A DNA stretch of 62,615 nucleotides, counting the filler, from Choristocarpus tenellus KU-1152 (Eukaryota > Protista > Phaeophyceae): NCBI GenBank assembly GCA_964200185.2. It is 10 parts of 10 records of this genome, joined end to end, with 100 filler letters (N's around TTAATTAATTAA, not from the genome) between each part and the next. Parts side by side here need not be neighbours in the genome. Positions count along the whole stretch, not along the records: positions 1 to 16,362 come from CAXNAD020000837.1; 9 more parts are not named here. One strand, given 5' to 3'. The notes beneath the pieces were generated by a model that was not told the origin of the DNA, made no database searches, and saw only the letters and a list, made by a program, of their open reading frames with translations. Every line of letters starts with the position of its first letter. The stretch's first letter is position 1. Shown here in pieces: positions 1 to 11,376 of this stretch. Position numbers and translations under genes: made by a program.

Positions 1-235
1 GGTGGGAGGAGGGGTGAGATGGGTTGGATTGGAGGAGGGGGTGAGGTGGGTTGGGGTGTGGGGGTAGGGGGTGCTCCGACCCGTGGAGTGGATTGGGTAG
101 GGTGCGAGTTTTGACCCGGGATGTTGTGCAGTGAGAAGAGGTGGATTTGGACTGCAGTGAGGTTATTCAGACGGGTTATGAGCCCTCCAGGTGGGTGTCT
201 TTGGCTGGTGAGGGTGGTTTAAGTGTGATTGAAAA

Positions 236-493
236 GAGATAATGTATCTTAGAGGGTAGAGCTGCGTCCATTTGGGGGCAAAAATCTAATGTTGCAATTT
301 TGATGTAAATTTGGCAATCATGTTTGTTAGGAGATGTCAATATCCTTGTTCTGGACACATCTTTTCATATCGTACACATTTTACCTACTTCGAAACATTT
401 TGGAGTAGGTAAAATGTCATTAAAAACCCGCGGGAAGCCAAGTTTCAATGGACAAACAGGGAAAAACTCATACCCTCTAAGATACTTTCACTC
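236..493 (+). mobile_element. MITE family A, full copy (~258 bp)
   Basis: Terminal inverted repeats GAGATAATGTATCTTAGAGGGTAGAG ... CTCATACCCTCTAAGATACTTTCACTC; AAAA on both flanks; about 10 similar copies in the window. Confidence 0.9.
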
Positions 494-792
494 AAAAGCG
501 TGGGAATGGGTAGGTGTGTTCCACAGTAGTGGCATATGAGAGGGTGGTTGGCGTCTTCGCAGAGGCTAACAATGCAGTTGAGGTGGAGCGAGCACCCACA
601 AGGGAGGGTGCCTTGGTGGTCTGGGGGGAGAGGCTCTAGACAGCTTGGGCAGGGAGGGAAAGAAGGGGGAGGGGCTGGGGGGTGGGGGCGTGGGATGGAG
701 AGTAGGCGGAATGGAGGGATGGCAAAAGGGGCGGAGGACGATTGTGAGCGGATGGATTCCAGCACGGCTTCAGTTCCCACATTCCTCTCCAT
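494..792 (-). pseudogene. RING-finger-like coding remnant, interrupted by MITE A
   Basis: CPSC-x13-CGC-x2-H-x2-C-x13-CHYC at 651..523; the frame runs into the MITE and stops shortly after the MITE is removed. Confidence 0.45.
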
Positions 793-1681
793 GGCATTGT
801 AGTAGTGTTCTGGGTTGGCAGGGTGCGGCAGGTGGGAAACGGGATGGGATGCAGGACCCGAGCATAGAGGTATAGAGTTGAGACACAGTCCAGATCAGGT
901 GAGTGTGTGCAGGAGAAAGGGAGTACTGGCCGTTGTATCTGGAAAAAACAGATCGCACGGTGTTCTGGTGTGAGATGATGTGGTCGTTGAGGTGATCATG
1001 GGTTGGGGTCACCAGTGGGGGAGGCTGGCCATCGAATCCCAGTAATACCTCTTATCACCGTCTCCTCTGTCTCCTCCTCGTCGTTGTCGTGGAGGGGCCA
1101 CCCCCTCTCCCTGTGACCATCATTGTAATCCTCTACCACCTCTCCAGCCCCATCCCTCGGTGTGCCCATTCGGTTTTCCGTCCGACTTTCGCCATACTAT
1201 TCCCGAAGAAGAGTGGTGTGCTCTGCTTATATTCCTCCCTTGCCCGTGCCTATCTCGTGGGCCGCCATCCCCATCCTCGATCACCTCCACAACTTCGTCC
1301 CCATGTGAGCCCATTTCATTCTCCATCTGTCCTCCATTCTGCGAAATCGAAACCTGTGCGTCTATTCCTGAAGCAGGGTGATACACTCCACTTATACTAG
1401 TTCCTCAGCCCTGCCTGTCTTGTGTACCTTCGTCGCCCTACTCCATCACCTCCACAGCCCCATCCCCTCCCCTATCTCAGTTTTTATTTTGACCTCTGAC
1501 AATTTGCATATATATATATATATAACATATTTATTGATATTATTAACAGCAAGGACCTTGTTAAGACTCCATCTAGCCTTCCACCCCCGATTTCTTCTGT
1601 AGAAGGGGCATAATACAATATGCGAGCCTCAGAATCTATCTCTATAGTCTCCTTGTCCGCAATTTGCAAATAGTACGAAAA

Positions 1682-1946
1682 AAGTGAAAGTATCTTGTAT
1701 TATTAGAGGGTACGAGTTTTTTCCTGTTTGTCCATTTGGGGCTTGGCTTCCCATGGGTTTTAAATGACATTTTACCTACTTCAAAATGTTTTGGAATAGG
1801 TAAAATGTGTACGTTATGAAAAGGAGTGTCTGGAACAAGGATATTGACATCTCCTAACAAACATGAAGCCAAAATTACATCAAATTGCAACATTGGATTT
1901 TGGCCCCCAAATGGACGCGGCTCTACCCTCTAAGATATTTTGACTC
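1682..1946 (-). mobile_element. MITE family A copy, inverted
   Basis: Reverse complement of the family A consensus with both TIRs; no clear TSD. Confidence 0.9.
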
Positions 1947-4900
1947 GACCGCAAAAGTAGCAGTGCATGATCACCTCCTGTGTTTGATATCCTTATCGGG
2001 GACATTTGGATTGCCGAAAATATATGGCCCATATTTAAACAGAGGCCCAAGAGGGCTTGTCGTTATTCAGAATGATCTTTCCTAGCTTCTCAAATTGAGA
2101 ATCGCTCCTCAGCATCATGGATCTCTTCTGCTTTTGAAGCGGGGATAGATCCTCAAACTGCACGGTTCTTTGTTCGTCCATCCATCACATACACTACCTG
2201 TCCTAACCTCCTTCCCCTGCGTACTTGCTATTGTAAGTGAGTAGGGACTTGATTATTGAGGGTTGAACGAGCTGAGAAAATATTGCCGAGGTCTAAAGAG
2301 AAATTGATTGCGAGACTCTGCACGCATCAGTGGTGAGGTGATGTGATTCTCAGGGTCTTCCTTTTGTTGGATAATCCCTCTTGACCGTATGGTAGGGTGT
2401 TCTGGTACAAAATCGTATTGATTGCTTGATAGTAATGTAATTGTGTGTATTTGCATGTTACACTTGACGTCGTGGTCTCAATTCTTCTGACTGATCATGA
2501 CCAAGGAAAGGGGGCGAGGGACAAAGGGACCATGCCGCAACTAATAATGTAAAACACGATAAGCTACAAATTCTTAGGTCGCTGCTAGTACGTGATACAA
2601 TCCGTGTAATATAACACTAATTAATCGTATAGTGCTATACTTAATCATACAACATCGACAAAAAGGTCCAGCTCTAAATAAACTCCGTAACAGAATAATT
2701 AGTTGATTCCAGGATAAAATTCGGCAGGTAGTGCATTACCGGGCTATACTTCCCATTCCCTATTCTTCCACTAAGTGATGTCTATCAAATAGCGTACGAG
2801 TGGCAGTCACTACGAACACTCTCTCTTGTTGCGAAAACGTTACCACCAAATCTATCCTCTCCTCAGCTTGTTGATCAAAATCAAATCAGTACTACTAGTA
2901 TGTGTTGATTTTCTCACTTTTTCTCAAACCAAAAACCTTTGAACAGTACCTTCACACACACTTGATGCAACTTCCTCTGAACTCGAACTTATTGTATTAA
3001 CATGTTTTTGTCAGATGAATGCCTAATCACCTTCTAAATGGCCTTGAGTCTAGTGGCGAAACTGTCGGTTGGCTGCAGGTAAACCGAAGGGGAATGCAGT
3101 TGGTTGTCACTACTTGGCCACTTGACAGGAATGGGGATTTACCACGGAACGCGATTTTCAATAAAGTGGTATTAGTAGCTTACCCCTCTGAAGCAATCTT
3201 GCTTTTTTTCACTGTATTACCACAACAGTTAGTTACACAACAATGTGTATATTCAAATGAACACTTATGACAAGAACGTCTGAAAAATTATATGCACGAA
3301 TGTACAAACTTGGTTAAACAGGAGCGATGCCCCGATCAAATAATGGCAGAAACGTGGAGGAACATCTCTGTCGCAATTTTGATGGTCACAACCTCAAAAA
3401 GTACAGAAATGAAGTAGTTGGCTGAATTCCCTGCAAACATCTGGTCCGGGATAGGCCCCTGCCAAAATACAGTGCGAGTGGCCATACTGAAAAAAAAGGC
3501 AAGATTCTCGGACATATTTTTAACGCCTATTGCACACTTTCTGTGAGCACACACACAGGTAACCCACACAGCAATATGGACCACGACAGTGAGAAAAGGA
3601 GAGCCGCCGAGGCCACTCTGCCCCCTAGATCTATCCTCAACACCTTCTCTGTCGAGAGGTGACAGAAAAACAAGTACCGTGTAACACTCAGTGTGATGTT
3701 AGGTGACGAGAAAGTGCGTGTACTGTGGCGCAGCAGCATGGTCAAATAGCACAATGGACCACGTGGCCGTGATACTGACGCTGAGAGAAGATGCATCGAA
3801 AGTATTACCACACAAATGTGGTTGGATCTTCAACCACGTTGTAGGACTGCTCCGCTGTCTCTACCGTCTGGGGAAAGCAGGAAGAGAGTGGCGAGTCCAC
3901 CACCAGGTGGTACAGGGACGAAGTCTGTGGGGAAGCCTGGTCACAGCAGGCAAAGGGAGAACCAGGGTGGCCGACCGAAGGGAAGATTGAGGAAGAGAGC
4001 AGTACGTATGCGTGCCATTGCTCTCAGGAACCCCTAAGCGAAACCCGGGTGTAGAATATCTTTGTAGTTGGCAGTTGCAGCGGGTCCTGGCTGTTTAGAA
4101 GCTATGTGGGCTGGAGTGGCTCAATAAAATGAGAAAGAAGGTGTTAGGGTTGGGGTACAAGGGGTCTGAAGCTCGAAAGAAGGGTCGAAAGGGATCGCAA
4201 GGTGGAGGAGAGAGCCATCGTAACAAAGGGAGCTGCGGAAACATTTCGCTCTCACCAAATCCTTTACTTAGAAGAGGTCGCAAGTAGGTGGAGGTAGTCA
4301 TCGATGAGGACGCCAGGGAAAAGGTGGGGGTGAGATTGAGATTGTTTGCACACTGGTGGTTTGGTGTCTTCTACTTCTTACAAGATGCAGTACAATCACC
4401 TTTGTTCCTGGACTTAGGGTTGGACATATAAAGTTGATTAAGGCTTTCTCCCCCACCTGCATTCATTTGAGAAATCAACACAATTTTCGATCAGTTCAAG
4501 CCTGTCCTCCCTCGGCCTTGCGCCTTGATCAAATATCACCCACCCAGAAAGCACGGACAACGCCTATTTCCGGCACTCAACGAGGAAATGCGATAGTAAA
4601 GGCTCTAACACTGCGAATCCTGTACCTGTGTATGAACGACGGGAAAGACTGTCAAATAGCGCTCGAGATGGCAGCAGGATATACCATGGTCATGTTGGAA
4701 ACTATGAGCAAATGGGAGAGAGACTTCCTACCTAAGGGTCACATCAAGGTGTCGGAGCAAGGGTGCAACGAGAGGCATTTCGTTCTGGGCCTCGACGAGG
4801 ATATCCTTGTCGAGGTCAAAGGGTGCATACGCCAACAGACAGGAAGAAAGGATGGGGAGGCTTTTTTCTCGCCTAAACAAGTATACTACAAGCAAGTAAT

Positions 4901-5254
4901 ATTGCATCTGTTGCCACTCTTGATGACCTACAATCCAGGGTTCGAACCCCAATATGTGAGACCTCTTTCTTAAAAAGAAAATCGTGCAATAAAAACGAAG
5001 CCCGTACTCTGGAGGGCCTTGTGACGGGCATCACGAACATGCTTTATTTTTAAAGTCCAATATCTACATCAAACGTTATGACGGGACAACCCCAGAGGGC
5101 GATTCTATCAGTACCACTATACTATCAAGTCTAGTATCAATTTTATGCCTACCTCTTCGACCCTTAATACCATCCTAATTATTTCGAGGATGCGTGTGAT
5201 CCTCCACATAACTATGTCCAGTGTATACCACTCTGTCCCTGCATATTATAGCTT

Positions 5255-5600
5255 CTAAACCGCTTCCCTGTCTATCCCCTTCGAAGTCTGGGCAGGACTA
5301 TTGGGTGTAGCCTGGTTGTCCGCAGTGAAAGTACGTAATGATACTGCAACCCCTCTACTTTCTACCTTCTCACAAGTAAACCCCTCGGACACCAGTGTGT
5401 GACTGTTAGACGCTGTTTCATGTACCTTTGAGACCGTCTGCTTGCCTTGCCATCTGTTTACAACCACCCCTAAACCTTTCGAGTGCCCTGTTCTTCCCCA
5501 AGTCGAAATAACCTTGACGTAGGTACACTTCTCCCTCAACTTTCTCAAGATCATGCTCATCCTTATCGACCCACTTGTGACCTTGTCCGTAATAGATTAA
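5255..5600 (-). mobile_element. Degenerate LTR-retrotransposon gag remnant (zinc knuckle)
   Basis: Minus strand 5333..5292 reads YFHCGQPGYTQ*SC, a decayed CX2CX4HX4C knuckle; boundaries approximate. Confidence 0.4.
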
Positions 5601-5846
5601 AGTCTGGTAGTCAGACGTGAGAAACCTCGGTCAGGCCTGTTGATGACGGGTGTTTGGAATTGGGAGAAAATATACTGTTCAGTTTCCGATAGTCCAGCCT
5701 TTCCTCCTGTCTGGTTCTGGGCATGTATGCATAAATGAGTTCCTTCCATCCATTACTGGGCGAAAACCACAAGATGAAGCATCAGTATCATCATCTACCA
5801 CACTCTTTTGGCATTTTCTGTCTCCATATCCGTGCCTCCATACTTA

Positions 5847-6104
5847 GAGTCAAATTATCTTAGAGGGTAGAGCCGCGTCCACTTGGGGCCAAAACCTAAT
5901 GCTGCAATTTTGATATAATTTTGGTCATCATGTTTGTTAGGAAGTGTCAATATCCACTTTCTGGACGCTCCTTTTCATACCGTATACATTTTACCTACTC
6001 CGAAACATTTTGGAGTAGGTAAAATGTAATTTAAAACCCGTGAGAAGCCAAGTCCCAAATGGACAAACAGGGTAAGAATCGTACCCTCTGAGATACTGTC
6101 ACTC
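5847..6104 (+). mobile_element. MITE family A copy
   Basis: GAGTCAAATTATCTTAGAGGGTAGAG ... GTACCCTCTGAGATACTGTCACTC; TTA on both flanks. Confidence 0.9.
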
Positions 6105-8125
6105 TTACCTCTTCCCCAAACCTGCCATAACGCTTCCTTTCAACCATCTCCACCATATTCAGCAGATGGTGCTCCAGTTGCACTGCCTCCCCTTCACTTG
6201 GATAATGATTCCCGAACAGTGTGCCTTGGCCCATAACCTCAGGCCCTTGGCGAGTCAATTCGCACTTGTGTACTACTAGTGTTGTCTCCGCTCAAACGAT
6301 TTAACTGGGAGAAGTCTTTACAGAGCTTGTCTGAGACTGGAGGTTGTAGTAACTTTTATTTAGTGGGGTACACCATGTCAATCTTGATACAGGTCAAGGA
6401 CTTCCACATTCAGCTTGTCCTGGTCATGTGGAAAGCACAATGCCCCAAGGTATTCTCCCCTTTACTGAGATTCGATTTGAGTAACCCATCTTGAACCTGT
6501 AATGAATGCGATTTGCTGGCATAAGATACTATTGTGCTTGATGACATAAGAGTGTGTATTTGTATGTTAGAAAGTGACCCCATGGTTTCGATTCCTTCGA
6601 CCAATCAAGATCAAGGAGGGATGAGACATAGAGACACATCCTACCATGTGGGACACGTAAGGTAACGACATATCCTCACTAAATCCGGCTCTGAATGGTA
6701 TGGGTAACGATTTAATTGTATCTACAAGTTATCCCCTGGTTCCAGACACCTCATATATGTGTACCTAGTTCTACCTTGCATACCAATTGTTAAAATAATT
6801 GTATCATCTGTTTACTGTTTGCCTTTCTGAATAATATCACTACTACTTACCACTGGCTCTTGCTCTCTTTAGCATGTGTGAAATGCGCTATTGACTCTTC
6901 GCATTTCTATTCTGTTTAGATTGTCTCAGGAGGGTGAAAGCTGCTATTCGAAGAAAAAAATTACACACCAGATATGCTACTCCTCATTGCAGTTATGCTA
7001 TAGCTTTGATCACTCTTACCATCTCTCAATTTTGTGTTGTTCTCCCTCTCTATCCTCGTTTGTTGATATTTTAGTATTAGCTGTCAGTCTCATACATGCA
7101 TTCGTGCCAACCATGCACTCCACCTACTTCAATATGACCATCGTTGCACAAAAAAATGAAAATTGAGAAAAGATCGACATTGATGAGTGTGCCGCCAGAA
7201 AAAAAAAGCATTCATATATTAAACCTATCAGGCGGATTATGAGTGACCTGTTGAGCCCAAGTTCAGCCTCAATCTCAATAAGACCAAGTGCTGATGTTTT
7301 GGGAGGTCAAAATTAATATTTCATGTGGAGTGGGGCTAAGAATATTGGACGACAAATACATCCTCTTGGACTAAGAGGTTATTTAGGCGATCCCAATGGT
7401 GCATGATGCTCATCAAAGTGTCCTCGTGGCTCAGTGGCAGATGAATCTAACCTGTGCATAATATATTCAGGATTAAACCTATTGATACTCGACATGTTTC
7501 CAAGGAATCTGTTTTCATTGGTCCAAATCCTCATAGCAAGCACTATAGATTGTATACCAGTACCATCCTATCAGTTGGTATATGACAAACACTGGACCAA
7601 GAAAGAGGTGGTAAGGCTGCATTGTTGATTGATACCAATGCAGGTTCAGCACAAAATTTGAGGTATGAGGTGGAGCAATGAGGGGTGGGATGGCTGTACC
7701 CAAGAGGCAAGAAGAAAGACACAAACAGAGCGAGTAGATTTTTTTTTAGCGCAATGTATAGTGCCTCAGACCACGGGTTGGGATAATCTCCAGACTAAAA
7801 TCAAGATAATAATAAAAATGCGTACCCCCTATCTCAATGATCTTGGCATGGCTCCATGTCCCCTGGTTTTCAATCACCATAGCATGAAATAACTCAATCT
7901 GGTTCACAAAAAGATATCAGCAATCTGAACCACAGTTCTCACAGGAAGCACGATGTCACTGGTTCCACAAATTGAGACATAAAGACTCTACGTGAGGAAT
8001 CCTTCTCCATTTTGTGTTGCTCTGTTGAGGATAATTGCTTATCCTCCTAAGCACCGAAGAGAGCACCACAATATCTATCCAACGGCATCAAGGAAGAAAA
8101 GCTTTTGTGAAAAAATAAGCAAGGG

Positions 8126-11011
8126 CTATTCACCTCTCTTGCTTGCTCTTCGTGATGGCCCAAGCCAACGAACAACTTCATATCGGTTGCCCCCTGTCAT
8201 GACCCACCCATTGTCATCTACTGCTGCTGAACAACGAAGTATCACATCAAACCTTTCCTTCCCCTCAACTCCTCCTTCCACCAGTCCACCCAAGAGTCCT
8301 TCCACAAGGGCTGCTGCAGAGCTTGCTATATCCCCAAGTTTGTTGTTCACAAACACTGGATGGAGAAGCAGTTCAGGTGGGATACCTCCAAGTAGGTCCT
8401 CTGCTACCCCACTGGTAATGGACACACGTAGCTCCCCAACACCTTTTCCTACTTCGAAGGCCTTGGCACTTTCTATCCTGTCTCCAAGGCGAATGTGAAA
8501 CAGGTGAAAAGATGCACCTGAGCCGCCATTGCTTGTGGCTCCTCTAACCGCTGTGGAAGCTACTGACCTTGTCTCATTGCCCCACCAGACAAGTGGCTTG
8601 GGAGCCTCTACCCCATAAACAACAACCCCCATAAGGACAGCAATCCCACAGAAATCAGCATTATCCAACAAATCACTCACAGATGGAAAGGCTCGTTTTA
8701 CTGCAATCCCTACCCCAAACTCGGTCCTGTCAAAAGCAGAGGCAGAGGTGATAACAGAAGTGGCAGTACCTTTGGCAATGACAGGGGGGACACAGGCAAC
8801 TGCTGCAATTATCGGAGCACCACGAAGGGAGTCATTTGGAAGTCTACTTACTGTGCTCCGTAGAGTTGTATTCAGTACAAGTGCCTCACCGAGAAAGCTG
8901 TATTCAGGTCGAACATTTGAGATTTCAAAAACTGCCCAGCGTCGCTTGATCACAGCCTTTTCAGTCCCACCACTGCCACTTGATACTGGGGTAGGGAGGA
9001 TGCCGTTACGTAAGAGGGAGAGTGTGTCTTCCCCTGCCAAAGAGTCCCAGAGCTGAAGCGTCATCTCTCTACTGCTGCCATCTGTTACTAAGGCTGTGGC
9101 TCGAGAGATCAGGTCCTTTCTGTGCATACCTGACGAAAAATCACAGTAGCACAAAGTTGAAGAGGAATAGAGGGGAGGCGAGACATGAACAACTGATGAG
9201 ACAACTATTCTTGGGTGAGTAGTTCTTCAGTTGAAATGTTTTGAGTGCAATTACAAAGTACACAGTAACACGTGTTTTTGATAGTCAATCACTCATTCGC
9301 CATGTGCACTAAATGAAATAATTACCACATCTACTAGTTGTTGAGAGTGTCAGGTTTAGGATGACAAATGGATGGGGGAGGGTCAATAGAGGTCACTAGG
9401 CCAAGAGATGTATATTATTGATTTAGAGCTAGGCTCCATATGCCATTTGTTGTGCCTCACTTAGGATGGTACTACGACACATGGGATCAGGTGCCAAGCT
9501 CAATCACACCCCCACAAGTTCAAACCAACTCTGTTCCAGAGCCTGAAACCATTTGTCACTCTCAGGTCGACCTAACCGTCATTCTACATGCTCATTCGTA
9601 CCATATTGTTTTCAATGCTGCAAACTCAAAGAGATAGCCAACAGGGATTGCTTTGCATCCTCGTGAACCTTGGGTTCGACTCCACCCCCTATATCAAGCA
9701 GTCTATCCCCTTGACAGTCCATGCACCTGGATGAAGAGGACAACCACACCAAGCTGAGGTGCTACATGCCAGGGAATTGTCTCACCTTTAGCAGATTTCC
9801 ATACCCATAGTCGCTCTGCTTGAGACACGCATAGCACACAGACAAGCACATTGGTCTCCACTCCTTGCTGAGCTCCAGCCAGACTACCCCATGCTTGAAC
9901 ACTTACTCCCACAGACAGGAACTGTCCCCTGGTGTGACTGGTTACTGAAGGGAATTCACGCTTTGCCCACGCAGCAATTTCGCAGGCAGTGCTTCTGTCA
10001 ATAGACAGATCAGTTTCTTTGAGGCTTTGTTCGCTTCCAGGACAATGGGCCTGGGTCCTCATAATGGTACTAGTGAAGTCTTCTGGAGGCATGAAGGCAT
10101 CGTCTCTCCACACGATCCGAAAGGACGTCTCGATAGTAGAGTTGCCCTGAATGGTACCTTGATACTTACTCGTTCGTACCCTTGGGGAAAGGGACAGCGG
10201 TATGATGGGTTGATGTGCTTGAATAAGCACTCGGCAGTGTAATATCAACCTGTCTACCTTGAGCAGGAATAACGTGGCCAGCACCGTTAAGAGACGGGGC
10301 TGGTCTTAAAATCGTAGGGAGAGTAGACAAATAAAAACTTGTGATACAGAGAGCACAACAATTTGGCACATCTGCAGAGGTAACTTTATCCTTGTGGAGA
10401 AAGTGCAGAAGTTCTGGCATGTACCTGTTGAAACGAACAAGATCCCCTGGTCGTACAAGACGTGCTCCATAGCGGGCAGCCTGACCCCATAGTGTGAGCT
10501 TTACGAATGAGGCCGAAGGATCGGCCACCAATAGATTTTGAACATCGAACTCGTGTCCGCTCTTGGTTGAGATGCTCTGCAGACCACTTGCTTGGAGCAC
10601 TAAAACCAGTATGTCGAACAAATCATGCTGTGCCCCAAAGGACAATGAGAGAGAGCGAAGTGTCACGGTTAAGGGTAGGCAAGGTACAGTCGCTGGACCT
10701 GACGCAGGTGTATCTCCTAGGGACCTAGGTCGCTTGAGGTTTTGTCTCCTTGGAGATGAAGGATCTAACGCGTCAAGAGGTCGACTTCTTACTTGCCTCT
10801 TCTTCACTGGCAAAGGGGTTTCTTCCAACGGTCCTACTCCTCCATTACTCCTCGGGAGCGATGCACGATCTAGCGAACACTGCAAAGTCGAAGGAGGTTG
10901 CCTAAGTAACCTCCCGCATTCCCGCTCAGCCTGGGACGCAGTCAGTGCCGTATACATCTCAGATTCGGATTCTTCTTCCCCTTCCCCTGGAACAGTATGA
11001 AGGGTAGACAT
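8126..11011 (-). CDS. SHLD2: Shieldin complex subunit 2 (SHLD2/FAM35A)-like triple OB-fold ssDNA-binding protein; 3 exons (11011-10425, 10180-9786, 9129-8126), ~661 aa
   Basis: GT-AG splicing gives one continuous frame. OB1: DILVLVLQ...VADPSASFVKLTLWG...GDLVRFNRVR. OB2: VTDGSSREMTLQLWD...FEISNV...LVLNTTLRSTVSRL. OB3: SVSDLLDNADFCGIAVL...LRVSITSGVAEDLLGGIPPE...RCSAAVDDNG. All three recall the human SHLD2 C-terminal OB folds in the same order. Confidence 0.75.
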
Positions 11012-11376
11012 TTTCTTTCGTTGTTGTGCGTACTGTTGTAGGGGACGTAATCCTGAACAAAATTGGGGGGTTTTGGTCTAAGCAATCCGAGGCCATGAGC
11101 ACGTTGCACTGAATGGGTCAAGTTAAGACCAGTTTTCATGGACGAGTTGGAATTCGTGTCTTAGCATACTTCCCATATATTCCACATACTAATGTATTAC
11201 TAAGATTGTTGTAAAATGATCCTTGGGAGAAAGACCTACACACCCTTTCGTAAGAACATCTTAAAATGTTTCCACTACTGTACCTTTGTTGGTCAATGTC
11301 TAAAAAATAAAACCTTTCATTATTGGTGTTGGTCTCTACAGTTCTAAGGTTACTCGCTAGTCTACAGCCAGTGGTC
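11012..11376. promoter_or_regulatory. Short divergent intergenic region (putative bidirectional promoter)
   Basis: 365 bp separate two outward-facing ATGs. Confidence 0.45.

Noticed and set aside
4356-4973. 205-aa ORF as a recombinase or transposase
   Set aside because: No catalytic motif could be identified; possibly decayed mobile DNA.
7992-11000. Plus-strand ORFs 7992-8498, 8748-9056 and 10563-11000
   Set aside because: Antisense shadows of the SHLD2-like exons.
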